Counted from the first letter of the stretch, positions 1 to 10,619 are shown. The stretch is DNA of 53,657 nt from an uncultured Candidatus Saccharibacteria bacterium (GCA_964493045.1 CAZBLZ010000004.1:1605-55261), one strand, 5' to 3'. Notes: a model not told the origin generated them from the letters alone. Numbers and translations are program-made.

Positions 1-2370
1 ACTGTTTTGTATGCCAAAGTAGATCCGACAGGTTTGCTACAGGCCTGGACTAAGGACACAACGACTCTGCATCTGCTGGGCACGGGAGGCGGGCTGAACT
101 GTGTTGTTGCCTACAATGGTTATCTATTCTCGATTGGCGGTAGTTCCACTGACAGTAATAACAACAATATTACGACCGTACAGTCTACCCCAATAGCGAG
201 TAGTGGGGCTATTGGTAACTGGAGCACGCTTACAGCTCTTCCGGTGTCGCGTGGTTCGTCGGGTTGTGCTGCTGCCAACGGCTTTCTGTACGTAGTGGGG
301 GGTTATACGGGGTCGGGTACTGCGGATGGGGCCGTTTTATATAACACTATTAGTACAAGCGGTACAATTGGGGGCACTTGGACAACTTCTACGACCGACC
401 CGGCACATATAAATGCCGCTTACACACCTATACATAATGGCGTATTTATATATGGTAATAATATATATTCAGTCGGTGGAGATTTCAGTTCTGGTAGTGG
501 CGCTAATCATAACATAGGGGCTTACTACGCCCCCATAAATAGCGATGGTAGCCTTGGTACTTGGGTGGCAACAAGTTCACTTTTGGCTGGATCCAATTAT
601 TCTGGGCGTGGCTATGCACTGGTGGGTAGCTATATATATGCAATGGGCGGTGTCGTTAATAGTAGCGGCACAGTACAATCTGCCGTTGAGTATACGGTCA
701 TAAACAGTGATGGTACGCTTGGTACTTGGACGGCAACTACCGCCTTACCCGCAGCACTCGGCGACCCAGGAGGAGCTACCATAAACGGCTGTTTGTATGC
801 GATTGGCGGTGAAGATGGTACAAGTACGAGCCAGAAGACAGTATATTCGGCATGCCCCAGCGCAAACGGTTCCATTGCGGCAGGAGCTTGGAAAACAACT
901 ACACAGCTTGTAACGGCCACTACCGATGGCGGTACGGTTGGCTACAACGGCTATCTGTATTTTGTCGGTGGTTGGTCTACGGTGGCTGTCAAGAATGTTG
1001 AGTATGCTGCCGTAAACAACGGTGGTAGCGGCATAACGGGCACTTGGACGACTTCTGTCCATACTATGACAACCTCAAGAGAAGGTGTGGCTAGTGTCGC
1101 GTACAATGGCTATCTCTATGTAATGGGTGGAAGTAACGGTACGACCTATACCGCTACTGTTGAATATGCGTCACTTGCCGCAGATGGGTCGATCGGTACT
1201 TGGGCATCAGCAAGTACCATGCTGGCCGGTAGGCGATTCTCGGGTGCTGTCGCGTACAACGGCTATATGTATATTATGGGCGGCGATGTGGGTAGCCCTG
1301 GTACAGTGACGACCAGTAGGGAAACGGAGTATGCAGTTATAAACAGTAACGGTACACTCGGTACCTGGGCAACGACCACACAGATACCAACGGCCCTGTA
1401 TGCATTTGGCACAGCGATATACAATGGCTATGTTTATATTACGGGCGGTAACCTGGGCGGTGCGACTGCAGTAGTTAGCTATGCTCCACTAACAACAGCT
1501 GGTATTGGAACGTGGCAGACCGGCACTAGTTTTACTACCGCTCGCTTTGCTCATGCGACAGTTGCATATGACGGCGTGCTGTATGTTATTGGTGGTTCAA
1601 CGGCATCTAATGTGCTACTCAGTGATGTTCAATACGCCCCTATAAATAGCGATGGCTCTATTGGTAGCTGGATGTTTACATCACCAATTCCGGCCCGTCG
1701 ATACCTATCGGCTATGGGTGCAAATGGGCACTTGTACATTACGGGCGGTGCAGATACAGGTACAAACGCTAAAAGTGATGTGCTTGTTGCGTCTGTAAGT
1801 AGCAACGGTGCATTAGGTAACTGGATGAGTACTGGCAGCTTCGCTACTAGTCGCTTTGGCGCTCAAGCTGTGTATTACAACGGCTATTTGTATGAGGTAT
1901 CTGGTAGGCATGCAGTCTCCACATATCAGAATGATGTCGAGTACAGCCCCTTGAGCAGTACCCCACGAGTGGCTCACTATTCAAAACTGATCGATCTTGG
2001 TTCTGTAGTCAATGTACTGAGTATTACGTACAATGGCACTTTGCCAGGTGGGACCTCTTCTATTGCATATCATGGAGCAGGCAGTAATGCAGTGTTTAGT
2101 ACGAGCGGAACTGCCAATAACATCGCTCCGACTGGTCAATGCACGGGCAATCTTTCGGGAACTCGATATGTCTGGGCGTTGATTACTCTGGATGATTCTA
2201 CTGGAGCGGGCAAGGACGGCGTATTCCCTGACGGTAATGGGACGAGCGCAAACCTCACTGACTTTACAGTTAATTACAATTCATATCACCCACAGAACGT
2301 CACTCGTATGCGTAATGGACTAACCATGCAAGCCGGCACGCTTGGTAACCTCGATACCTGCGCTTCATAG
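1..2370 (+). CDS. Kelch-repeat beta-propeller protein, 5' end cut by the window edge (about 12 blades plus a roughly 150-aa C-terminal domain)
   Basis: The reading frame is open from nt 1. There are twelve recurrences of the Kelch-type signature [YA]NG[YFH][LMV]Y..GG (AYNGYLFSIGG, ANGFLYVVGG, YNGYLYVMGG, YNGYMYIMGG, YDGVLYVIGG and others). Each is preceded by VEYA.(I)NSDG..G.W. Confidence 0.85.
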   Translation, partial: TVLYAKVDPTGLLQAWTKDTTTLHLLGTGGGLNCVVAYNGYLFSIGGSSTDSNNNNITTVQSTPIASSGAIGNWSTLTALPVSRGSSGCAAANGFLYVVGGYTGSGTADGAVLYNTISTSGTIGGTWTTSTTDPAHINAAYTPIHNGVFIYGNNIYSVGGDFSSGSGANHNIGAYYAPINSDGSLGTWVATSSLLAGSNYSGRGYALVGSYIYAMGGVVNSSGTVQSAVEYTVINSDGTLGTWTATTALPAALGDPGGATINGCLYAIGGEDGTSTSQKTVYSACPSANGSIAAGAWKTTTQLVTATTDGGTVGYNGYLYFVGGWSTVAVKNVEYAAVNNGGSGITGTWTTSVHTMTTSREGVASVAYNGYLYVMGGSNGTTYTATVEYASLAADGSIGTWASASTMLAGRRFSGAVAYNGYMYIMGGDVGSPGTVTTSRETEYAVINSNGTLGTWATTTQIPTALYAFGTAIYNGYVYITGGNLGGATAVVSYAPLTTAGIGTWQTGTSFTTARFAHATVAYDGVLYVIGGSTASNVLLSDVQYAPINSDGSIGSWMFTSPIPARRYLSAMGANGHLYITGGADTGTNAKSDVLVASVSSNGALGNWMSTGSFATSRFGAQAVYYNGYLYEVSGRHAVSTYQNDVEYSPLSSTPRVAHYSKLIDLGSVVNVLSITYNGTLPGGTSSIAYHGAGSNAVFSTSGTANNIAPTGQCTGNLSGTRYVWALITLDDSTGAGKDGVFPDGNGTSANLTDFTVNYNSYHPQNVTRMRNGLTMQAGTLGNLDTCAS
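100..1910 (+). repeat. Degenerate tandem coding repeats (Kelch blades, period about 150-160 nt)
   Basis: The DNA motif tacaa[ct]gg[ct]tat.t.tat......gg[ct]gg recurs near 111, 941, 1101, 1255, 1423 and 1876. Confidence 0.7.
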
Positions 2371-2471
2371 AAAGCTCTTTAGGACTAGTACGATAAGGCT
2401 ATAGCTAGATTGTGTTTACGCTTGGAACTATTTCTGGTAGTCTTAATGAAGACAGGGAACTACAAGGGATT

Positions 2472-3230
2472 ATGAAACATATCATTGCGATTACGAACCA
2501 GAAGGGCGGTGTAGGTAAAACCACCACTGCGGTTAATTTAGCTGCGCAACTTGCTACGGCTAATCGCCGGGTTATGCTTGTCGATCTGGACCCTCAGGGG
2601 AATGCCTCAAGTTCTTTAGGAATTGACAAAGAAGCTCTGAATCAAACATTGTACGACGTACTAGTTTCCAATGTTGAGCCAAGTAATATAGTCTTGCCGA
2701 CAAATATTCAAAACCTGTTTATACTTCCTACGAATAGCCGACTAGCTCAGGCCGAAGTAGATCTGGTAAGTGTCCCGCAGCGAGAGTTTCGTTTGAAAAA
2801 TATGCTCCAAACCATTGATGCTGAAGTTATTATTATTGATTGTCCACCAGCTTTGGGGTTGTTAACTATCAATGCGTTGAGCGCTGCAACAGATGTGTTG
2901 ATCCCTGTGCAGTCAGAGTATTTTGCACTAGAAGGCTTAGGTCAATTACTTCAAACTGTACAGTTAGTAAAACAAGGCCTGAATCCCCGCCTTGAGATTT
3001 TAGGTGTAGTGCTGACTATGTTTAATAAACGGATGGTATTAAGCGAACAGGTCCAGGCCGAAGTTGCACAGCATTTCGGCGATAAGCTTTTCAAGACCGT
3101 CATACCAAGAAATGTGCGCCTAGCTGAAGCCCCAAGCTATGGGCGAACTATCTTTGAACACGATAAGTGGTCAAAGGGCGCTCGGGCGTATAAGCAATTG
3201 GCAAAAGAAGTCGCACAGCGATTGACCTAG
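2472..3230 (+). CDS. parA: Chromosome partitioning ATPase ParA/Soj
   Basis: Deviant Walker A motif KGGVGKTTTAVNLA directly after MKHIIAITNQ. I chose the ATG at 2472 over the upstream GTG at 2412 that opens the ORF. Confidence 0.9.
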   Translation: MKHIIAITNQKGGVGKTTTAVNLAAQLATANRRVMLVDLDPQGNASSSLGIDKEALNQTLYDVLVSNVEPSNIVLPTNIQNLFILPTNSRLAQAEVDLVSVPQREFRLKNMLQTIDAEVIIIDCPPALGLLTINALSAATDVLIPVQSEYFALEGLGQLLQTVQLVKQGLNPRLEILGVVLTMFNKRMVLSEQVQAEVAQHFGDKLFKTVIPRNVRLAEAPSYGRTIFEHDKWSKGARAYKQLAKEVAQRLT

Positions 3231-3303
3231 ACTGAGTTCAGGCCTTTCATTTACGCTGAGTACTAAAAATGGTACGCTTATAGTATAAAAGGGAACAACA
3301 CGA

Positions 3304-4164
3304 ATGGCGGCAAAACAAACAGGACTTGGGCGAGGCTTTGGCTCACTTATTCCACAGAATTTTGATGCGGGGCTACTTGTCGACGATAGCGAACGCATCC
3401 AAAAACTAGCGATTGCAGATTTAAGCCCAAACCCAGAACAACCGAGGACTATTTTTGACGAAACGGCGTTATCTGAGTTAGCTGCTTCCATAAAGCAGTA
3501 TGGAATTATCCAACCGTTAGTAGTGACACCCGTTCAAGGGGGTTATCATATTATTGCCGGTGAACGACGTTTTAGGGCCGCAAAAAAGGCAGGTCTAAAA
3601 ACGGTGCCTACAATTGTACGGACTACACAGGAGCAGGAGAAGCTTGAGCTCGCGATTTTAGAGAATGTTCAGCGTGTAGATCTAAGCCCGCTTGAACAGG
3701 CCGTTTCAATTGAACGACTTCATCAGCAATTTAGTCTGACGTATGGCGAGATTGCTAAGCGACTTGGGAAGGCTGAAACTACAGTCCACAATATCGTACG
3801 CTTACTTCAACTCCCAATGGAAGCTCGTGAAGCGCTCAAAGAAGGTGCGATTAGTGAAGGGCATGCTCGGCAAGTGCTGGCGCTTAAAGATATGCCCGAG
3901 GCACAAGCAGATCTTGTTCGTTTGATTGTGCAAAATGGCTGGTCAGTACGTCAGACTGAACGATATGTTAGTTCGTTGAAAGCAGGTGCTAAAGAAACCC
4001 AGGTCAAAGAGCGAGTAACGGGTGATACTCCGGAGACAGAACGATTAAGCCATAGATTTGGTACAAAAGTACGTATTCATCGCACTGCCAAGGGCGGCCG
4101 AGTCGAAATTGCGTTTACTTCTGATGATCAGCTGACTAGGCTGCTTGGTGAACTAGAGAAATAG
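3304..4164 (+). CDS. parB: Chromosome partitioning protein ParB/Spo0J
   Basis: The ParB box GERRFRAAKKAGL and an HTH region, located immediately downstream of parA. Confidence 0.9.
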   Translation: MAAKQTGLGRGFGSLIPQNFDAGLLVDDSERIQKLAIADLSPNPEQPRTIFDETALSELAASIKQYGIIQPLVVTPVQGGYHIIAGERRFRAAKKAGLKTVPTIVRTTQEQEKLELAILENVQRVDLSPLEQAVSIERLHQQFSLTYGEIAKRLGKAETTVHNIVRLLQLPMEAREALKEGAISEGHARQVLALKDMPEAQADLVRLIVQNGWSVRQTERYVSSLKAGAKETQVKERVTGDTPETERLSHRFGTKVRIHRTAKGGRVEIAFTSDDQLTRLLGELEK

Positions 4165-4181
4165 ACCATGCGCTATCTATT

Positions 4182-4214
4182 AAAAAAACTTCGGGTGTTG
4201 CTCGAAGTTTTTTT
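4182..4214. terminator. Bidirectional rho-independent terminator between parB and lepB
   Basis: Arms aaaaaaacttcg (4182-4193) and cgaagttttttt (4203-4214), with A and T runs on both sides. Confidence 0.7.
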
Positions 4215-4238
4215 AAATAGGGCGAAGGCTTCTTAAAT

Positions 4239-4862
4239 TTAGAATCGTTTGGCTTGGGAGACTGGGAAAATGCGCGCAACAAGTTTGCCGATAACTTGCT
4301 TGGTTTCAATTGGTCCAAAAATACGACTGTCGAGGCTATCGCCACGATTATCGCCACAGATAAATAACTGAGTTTTGCTGAGTGTTACGTTCAGATCGTT
4401 AGTTGTTGGCGGGATAGCCCCATTTTTGCCATATGGTAGAGTTGCGTCTGGTTGGAACCCGTGTGGATGAGCTGTGTTGTATACGGTGATAACATTATTC
4501 TTGACGATTATGTGATCGCCTGGTAATCCAATAACACGTTTGACGAGCTGCTTCGTGTCTGAAGGGTCACCGTAATTACTGAGACCACTTTCCGTCAAAA
4601 TAACGATATCCCCACGTTTTGGAACGTACTGATGGCCGGTGATACGTGCCCAGGTCCGAGGTAATTTCCATACGATAAGCCGGTCGTTATTGTGTAGGGT
4701 ATTTTGCATACTCGGGCCATCAACTTGGTATGACTGAAAAACAAATACAGTTAGTAGAATGGCAATCGCAGGCGCAAGTAACAATATGCCGATTGCAGTA
4801 ATAGTGCTGCGCATCCGTTGCAATGGTTGATTTTCAGTAGAGGGTTGATCGTTCACTGGCAT
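4239..4862 (-). CDS. lepB: Signal peptidase I
   Basis: N-terminal TM segment, a GPSMQNTL serine box and the GDNRGDSLDSR box. Confidence 0.9.
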   Translation of the reverse strand: MPVNDQPSTENQPLQRMRSTITAIGILLLAPAIAILLTVFVFQSYQVDGPSMQNTLHNNDRLIVWKLPRTWARITGHQYVPKRGDIVILTESGLSNYGDPSDTKQLVKRVIGLPGDHIIVKNNVITVYNTAHPHGFQPDATLPYGKNGAIPPTTNDLNVTLSKTQLFICGDNRGDSLDSRIFGPIETKQVIGKLVARIFPVSQAKRF

Positions 4863-4941
4863 TACTATACGTCAGATTTGCCAAATACGCTACAGCTTTT
4901 GCAAGCTAGGCTCAAGCCGGTTATACTGATACAAGTCGCTT

Positions 4942-6378
4942 ATGAAAAAACAGGGTACCCATAGCGCCGCTGCATCTAGTCCAGCTGGCACCAAGTCGTT
5001 TCCCGTGCCGCGTTATCAGGCGCCGGTACGTCCGAAACGAATCGTTAAAAAACGATCTAGTCGTAAAATGGTTATGTTTCGTGCGGCCGCAGTTATAGCA
5101 ATTATCATGCTGGGTAGCGGTGGATTCTTGGCCTGGAAGGCATATGTAAAAATACACAAGGTCTTCCGCGGTACGGGTACAGTTGCAGCCTTATCTAGTA
5201 AGCCAGTCACGCCAGATCTGCTAAAGGGTGAGGGTGATGGGCGCGTTAACATACTATTATTAGGTGTAGGTGGCCCTGGTCACGACGGGCCTGACCTAAC
5301 TGATACCATAGTGGTTCTTAGTATTGATCCGGTCAACAACACAGCGGCAATGATCAGCGTGCCGCGTGACCTGTGGGTGAAGATGCCCGTTAATTATTTC
5401 GGCTCTCAGCAGAAAATAAATGCCGCCTATGAGAGCGGTAAGTATCACTACACTGGTAAGCTTGACCCAACCAATAAAAACACGGCAGCAGTTCAAGCCG
5501 GCTTTGCGGCTGTTGACCAGACGATGAGTGACGTACTCGGCGTTCATATTGACTACCATATGCTAGTGAACTTCCAGGCGTTCCGTCAGGCAGTCGATAC
5601 TGTGGGTGGTGTAACCGTGAACGTTCCGACTCAACTGTATGACCCAACGATGGCGTGGGAGAATCACAATAGTCCAATTTTAGCGCCCGCCGGCGTACAA
5701 CAGATGGATGGAGTTAAGGCACTCTTGTATGCTCGTTCAAGGGAGACGACCAGCGACTTTGCTCGCGCAGAACGACAGCGACAAATCTTAGTTGCGTTGA
5801 AAGACAAGGTACTCAATCTAGGAACGCTCAGTAACCCTACGAAGATCGCAGGACTGATGGATGCATTTGGGGACAATGTATATTCTGATTTGAGTACTCA
5901 AGGTGCAAGTCGATTGATGAGTATTATGAAGAAAATTGATGATAGTAAAATTGCTTCAATTGGTTTGACTAATCCACCTCATCAACTAGTTACCACTGAC
6001 CATGTAGGGTCGACATCGGTAGTAAGGCCAATAGCAGGTTTAAATAACTATACTGATATTCAAACATATGTTCGTAGCCAAATTCCTGATGGATACGTAC
6101 TTAAAGAGAAGGCCCCAATTGCGGTCGTAAGTAATACGACGGTTACTGCCACGCAAACTGCAACATTACTTAAGACCTATGGCTATAATGCAGCCGCAAG
6201 TACGGCCACCGCTCCGGCTTCAACTCCGGTGCTGGTCGACTTATCACATGGTAAGGCACCGTTTACGAAGCATTATCTAGAAGATCGTTACAGTCTTCAG
6301 GCAACCACCAGTTTACCTGCTGGAGTAGAGGCATCTGCTGTAGTAGGCGCAAAATTTGTTATAATAGGTAGCAAATGA
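4942..6378 (+). CDS. LytR-CpsA-Psr (LCP) family cell-wall glycopolymer transferase
   Basis: A TM anchor followed by NILLLGVGG...DLTDTIVVLSIDP...ISVPRDLWV, the typical LCP core. Confidence 0.8.
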   Translation: MKKQGTHSAAASSPAGTKSFPVPRYQAPVRPKRIVKKRSSRKMVMFRAAAVIAIIMLGSGGFLAWKAYVKIHKVFRGTGTVAALSSKPVTPDLLKGEGDGRVNILLLGVGGPGHDGPDLTDTIVVLSIDPVNNTAAMISVPRDLWVKMPVNYFGSQQKINAAYESGKYHYTGKLDPTNKNTAAVQAGFAAVDQTMSDVLGVHIDYHMLVNFQAFRQAVDTVGGVTVNVPTQLYDPTMAWENHNSPILAPAGVQQMDGVKALLYARSRETTSDFARAERQRQILVALKDKVLNLGTLSNPTKIAGLMDAFGDNVYSDLSTQGASRLMSIMKKIDDSKIASIGLTNPPHQLVTTDHVGSTSVVRPIAGLNNYTDIQTYVRSQIPDGYVLKEKAPIAVVSNTTVTATQTATLLKTYGYNAAASTATAPASTPVLVDLSHGKAPFTKHYLEDRYSLQATTSLPAGVEASAVVGAKFVIIGSK

Positions 6379-7124
6379 GGCCACTAATCACCAAGCTTAC
6401 TCCGAGCCGCGGCTTTTCTCATGCGTTTTATTTTGTATATAACGCTTTTTTACCGTTGCTAGTGTTTTTATTGGTTCGTACTAATTTTTCCCAGCTAGCC
6501 TTAAGTCTTATATTGTTAAGTAAATGGCGTATGTTTGCTGTACGTCCTCGATTCTGGCTTGCCAATATCCGTGCCAACGCGGTCGACATGGTGATTGGTG
6601 TTGCCGTACTTGCGTTTATGGTTTCTACAGGGAATGAGGTTACGCAGTTACTGTGGTCGGTGTTATGGGCAAGTTGGCTTATCGTCATCAAACCTCGAGC
6701 TGACACACTCTGGGTATCGCTACAGGCATTGATTAGTTTTGTTGCGGGTCTGATGGCACTCTTTCTGACATGGGATCACGCACCACTTGGCGTGTTAGTC
6801 GCCTCGGTCGGCGCGCTATGCTTTTTTGCGGCACATCACTTTTTCGATAGTTTTGATGAACCGTATACTCGGTTACTCTCACTCTTTTGGGCTTACTTCG
6901 GGGCAGCACTAGTGTGGGTATTGGGGCACTGGTTACTTTTTTACGGACCAATAGCACAACCGACTCTATTACTTTCAGCGCTTGGCGTTGGTCTCGGTAC
7001 GCTGTATTACTTGGATCATTTTGATCGGTTGAGCCTTAATGTACGACGCCAGGTCCTGTTTATAATGGTGGCGATTGTGTTGGTAGTACTGACGTTTTCC
7101 GACTGGGGCGATAAGATAGTATAA
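6375..7124 (+). CDS. Polytopic membrane protein, function unknown
   Basis: Multiple hydrophobic segments. Its start overlaps the LCP stop codon (ATGA). Confidence 0.6.
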   Translation: MRPLITKLTPSRGFSHAFYFVYNAFLPLLVFLLVRTNFSQLALSLILLSKWRMFAVRPRFWLANIRANAVDMVIGVAVLAFMVSTGNEVTQLLWSVLWASWLIVIKPRADTLWVSLQALISFVAGLMALFLTWDHAPLGVLVASVGALCFFAAHHFFDSFDEPYTRLLSLFWAYFGAALVWVLGHWLLFYGPIAQPTLLLSALGVGLGTLYYLDHFDRLSLNVRRQVLFIMVAIVLVVLTFSDWGDKIV

Positions 7125-7147
7125 GATCTGAAGAGTGGAGGGTGACT

Positions 7148-8476
7148 ATGGAACAAAATACTGAAAACAGCACGAACGATAACCTCAATAACACGGAAGG
7201 GACGGAGCTCAAGCGTGCTAAGCCAGAGCTCCTTACCGCTACGGTACCGACTACCGAAACACCTATGGCTCCGGAATTTCCTCCTGTCGGTCGAATACAG
7301 ACTGGGTTTCACCGACGTAAACGCCCTTTGACATTTGCGCTCGGAGCCATTGTTATTTTAGCTTTAGGCTTCGGTGGTGGTTGGCTGGGTGCCGCGAGTC
7401 ACGGCGACAGTGCGACAAGCGGTGTACAGCAGCAAAAAGTGGTATTGAAAAGCCAAGGCGACGTTATCAGCTCGATTGCTAAAAACGTAGGGCCAAGTGT
7501 TGTTTCAGTTAATGTTACCGCGCAGGCCCAATCAACCAACTCATACTCTAGTATTTTTGGTGGTGGTGATACACAAACCGAACAGAGTGCAGGTACGGGT
7601 ATTATTCTGACGAGCAATGGGCTTATTATGACGAACCGTCACGTAGTACCTGAAGGTACTACGAGTGTAAGTGTGACCTTAAGCGACGGTACAGTCTACG
7701 ATAACGTCAAGGTCGTCGGTCGCACGAGTAGCGGCAACAGTTTGGATGTCGCATTTTTACAGATCTCAGATACTAAAGGTAAAACTCTCACTCCTGCGAC
7801 TATTGGTAGCTCTGCGAGCGTGAAAGTAGGTGATCCAGTTGTTGCTATAGGTAACGCTTTGGGACAATTCCAGAATACAGTTACAAGCGGCATTATCAGT
7901 GGCTACGGTCGTAGCCTGCAAGCTAGCGCTAGTGATGGGTCGAGCTCAGAAAACCTCGATGATCTATTCCAGACCGATGCGGCTATCAATGAAGGTAACT
8001 CAGGTGGTCCTCTTGTGAATCTCGATGGTCAGGTGATTGGCATGAATACGGCGCTCGCAAGCGATTCTCAGAGTATCGGTTTTGCAATCCCAATTGATGA
8101 CTTAAGTGGCTTGATTGCGGGTGTTAAGTCGACTGGTAAACTACAGCAGCCGTACTTGGGCGTGGTCTACATTCCTATTACGAGCGATGTTCAAAGCCAG
8201 TACAATTTGAGTGTCAGTCAGGGGGCCTATGTACCCACAGCCGATCAGGCGAGCGGCGAAGACACTGTGATCAGCGGTGGCCCTGCGGATAAAGGTGGTG
8301 TCCAGCCAGGAGATATTATTACCAAAGTTGATGGCACAGCAATCAACCAAAACACGAGTCTGACTTCATTGCTCGATAAACACAAGGTTGGTGACAGTGT
8401 GTCTTTGACGATCGTTCGTTCGGGCAAGACTATCAACAAGGATGTAACTCTTGGGACTGCGCCTACGAGCAATTAG
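7148..8476 (+). CDS. HtrA/DegP-family serine protease with a PDZ domain
   Basis: Catalytic triad contexts TNRHVV, DVAFLQI and GNSGGPLVN, plus a C-terminal PDZ domain. GGAGG lies 6 nt upstream of the ATG at 7148 (the ORF opens at 7142). Confidence 0.9.
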   Translation: MEQNTENSTNDNLNNTEGTELKRAKPELLTATVPTTETPMAPEFPPVGRIQTGFHRRKRPLTFALGAIVILALGFGGGWLGAASHGDSATSGVQQQKVVLKSQGDVISSIAKNVGPSVVSVNVTAQAQSTNSYSSIFGGGDTQTEQSAGTGIILTSNGLIMTNRHVVPEGTTSVSVTLSDGTVYDNVKVVGRTSSGNSLDVAFLQISDTKGKTLTPATIGSSASVKVGDPVVAIGNALGQFQNTVTSGIISGYGRSLQASASDGSSSENLDDLFQTDAAINEGNSGGPLVNLDGQVIGMNTALASDSQSIGFAIPIDDLSGLIAGVKSTGKLQQPYLGVVYIPITSDVQSQYNLSVSQGAYVPTADQASGEDTVISGGPADKGGVQPGDIITKVDGTAINQNTSLTSLLDKHKVGDSVSLTIVRSGKTINKDVTLGTAPTSN

Positions 8477-8495
8477 TCGTATTTGAACGTTATGC

Positions 8496-8534
8496 AACCA
8501 CCGGTTTTCTGTGAATGAAGATCGGTGGTTTTCA
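8496..8534 (+). terminator. Rho-independent terminator after the htrA-like gene
   Basis: Arm aaccaccg (8496-8503) pairs with cggtggtt (8523-8530), followed by ttc. Confidence 0.55.
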
Positions 8535-8608
8535 TTAGATCAGCTTAATCTCTGTGGTTGTGTTTTAGTTTTTAGTGTATGCTTTTAGCATAAGTGGGTA
8601 AGGCAGGT

Positions 8609-9796
8609 ATGCAGAGTATTCTGAAAGGGCTGAAAGAGCGAGGTAACATTGTACGCACCATTATCGTGGTCGTATTCTTTGCAGGGACTGGTAGCGCTTT
8701 TTTGTTAGCTTCACATGCCGCAACTCCAACCGCATCATTAGAGGGCGAAAATGGAACTATAACATCTACTGCCAGTGTACTTACTGACACTACAGCATCT
8801 GGTGGCCAGGCGGTTAAATTCGGCACAGGTGGTGGCACTATTCCGACTCTGTGTGCGAGTGGCGGTACGTACCTGTGGAATAATCTGGAAAATTGCGGCT
8901 GGCCCGGCCCGGCAAATACCGGTGCTGTCGCTAGCCAGTGTCCGGGCGGTGTACTGACAGTAAATAGTGGTAGCGTGTCACGGACAATCACTGTCTCAAC
9001 TGCAGGCACTACTATAAGTTGTCAGAATATTACGGGGTGCCTTAATATCACTGCCGCTAATGTAACGGTCACGAATGTGAAGATTGCATGTAACAGTGGC
9101 AAAACAGGTATCTCGGCTAATGGTACTGCCGCAATATTTGTCGATGATGGTGCTAGCGCTACAGTGAACCATGTCGAAATCAATGCCATGAACGGTGTCC
9201 ATGCCTGTATTTGGCATCAGGGGACGAGCTTGTCTGTTACGGCAGTGAACTGTTACGGAGCAGATGATGGTATTTTTAGCTGGGCGGATATAAGTTATTC
9301 ATCAACGACAGGAGACCATTTCACAATTGCAGATAGTTACTTCCATGACTTTACCATCAAAACGTCAAATGGTCACATTGACGGCTATCAAACAGAGGGT
9401 GCGGGCAACGGCTTAATTAACCACAACACGTATCTCATGACTTCAGATAGCGGTAGTAATGATACCGATAGTGCAGTAGCAATATGGGACAGCCTAAAAT
9501 CAAGCCATGACATCACAGTGCAGAATAACTTAATTGCTGGTGGTGGCTTTTCAATGTATGCCGAAGACTATGATCCTTCGGAAGCCAGTCCTACGGGTGG
9601 CGCTTCGGTTACGAATATCGTATATACGGGCAATAAATTTAGTAACCACTTGTTCGGATGTGTCGGTCTGTACGGTGTGTGGTATCCGCGAGGTAATCCG
9701 ACCGATACCTGGCGCCGTAGTGGCAATACAGTACTGGAGACAGGCCAAAACGTTGACAGTGCCAACCCAACCTACCAAGGTGCATCGTGTACCTAA
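8609..9796 (+). CDS. Secreted or membrane-anchored protein, probably a right-handed parallel beta-helix fold
   Basis: N-terminal hydrophobic anchor, then LEGENGTI...ASGGQAVKFG, then repetitive N.T/V.V.N turns (NITGCLNITAANVTVTNVKIACNSG...VNHVEINAMNG). The fold call is pattern-based only. Confidence 0.5.
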   Translation: MQSILKGLKERGNIVRTIIVVVFFAGTGSAFLLASHAATPTASLEGENGTITSTASVLTDTTASGGQAVKFGTGGGTIPTLCASGGTYLWNNLENCGWPGPANTGAVASQCPGGVLTVNSGSVSRTITVSTAGTTISCQNITGCLNITAANVTVTNVKIACNSGKTGISANGTAAIFVDDGASATVNHVEINAMNGVHACIWHQGTSLSVTAVNCYGADDGIFSWADISYSSTTGDHFTIADSYFHDFTIKTSNGHIDGYQTEGAGNGLINHNTYLMTSDSGSNDTDSAVAIWDSLKSSHDITVQNNLIAGGGFSMYAEDYDPSEASPTGGASVTNIVYTGNKFSNHLFGCVGLYGVWYPRGNPTDTWRRSGNTVLETGQNVDSANPTYQGASCT

Positions 9797-10593
9797 ACCC
9801 GATCGAATAGTTGGATAAAACCGTCAGTTTTTCGTAGGCAAAAACCAGCAGTTGCTGCTAGTTTAACTATCATTGTATGCTGGTCAGGAAGACTCTCTGT
9901 GGCAAGGAAGAGGGGCTGTTTTGTGATTAGCTGTTTAAAGAATTCGCGGTACAAATCAAGACCGTCTTCGCCACTAAAAAGAGCAAGTGATGGTTCATGT
10001 TTTGCGGCTTCATTTATTGGAAAGGCAGTAGGCACATAGGGTAGGTTCGTAAGCACAACATCAAATATCTCAGGTACATCTGAAAGGAGATCGCTGTGCT
10101 TAAAATGAATTGCTGCGTCAAGATTGTTTGCATTTGTCTTGGCTAACTGGATACATGTAGGGTCTACATCAACGGCCGTAACATGTGCGTCTGGCAACTC
10201 TAGGGCTGCAGTTATGGCAATACAACCCGTACCTGTGCCGACATCTAAAATGGCTGGATTACTCGGTAATGTAAGTGATTTTAGTAAGTCGATTATTGCT
10301 TCTGTTTCGGGGCGTGGTACAAGAGCATGCTCATTAACCAGGAATGTTCGGCCATAGAATTCTGTCTTACCGCGAAGGTAGGCAAGGGGAGTATGATCAG
10401 CTCTTTGAGCAATTTTTGTATTCAATTTTTCAAGCTGCTCAATCTGTAAAATATGATTTGGATACGCAAGTAGCCACGATCTGTCATGTCCAGTTATATC
10501 CTCTAAGAGCACTAAACAATCAAGTCGTGCTGTCGCGATACCTGAGTTATTTAGTTGATTCGTTGCGGTGATAAGCCAGTTTTGTACAGTCAT
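9793..10593 (-). CDS. prmC: Release-factor glutamine N5-methyltransferase
   Basis: SAM motif LDVGTGTGCIAI and an NPPY-like TNLPYVP motif. It lies directly downstream of prfA. Confidence 0.85.
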   Translation of the reverse strand: MTVQNWLITATNQLNNSGIATARLDCLVLLEDITGHDRSWLLAYPNHILQIEQLEKLNTKIAQRADHTPLAYLRGKTEFYGRTFLVNEHALVPRPETEAIIDLLKSLTLPSNPAILDVGTGTGCIAITAALELPDAHVTAVDVDPTCIQLAKTNANNLDAAIHFKHSDLLSDVPEIFDVVLTNLPYVPTAFPINEAAKHEPSLALFSGEDGLDLYREFFKQLITKQPLFLATESLPDQHTMIVKLAATAGFCLRKTDGFIQLFDRV

Positions 10594-10619
10594 TTCTGAA
10601 GGAGATTTTGGAACAACAA

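Noticed and set aside
2371-4238. parS sites (TGTTNCACGTGAAACA-like) and DnaA boxes near parAB
   Set aside because: No convincing 16-mer palindrome or TTATCCACA cluster was seen in or around parAB by eye. This does not exclude their presence elsewhere.
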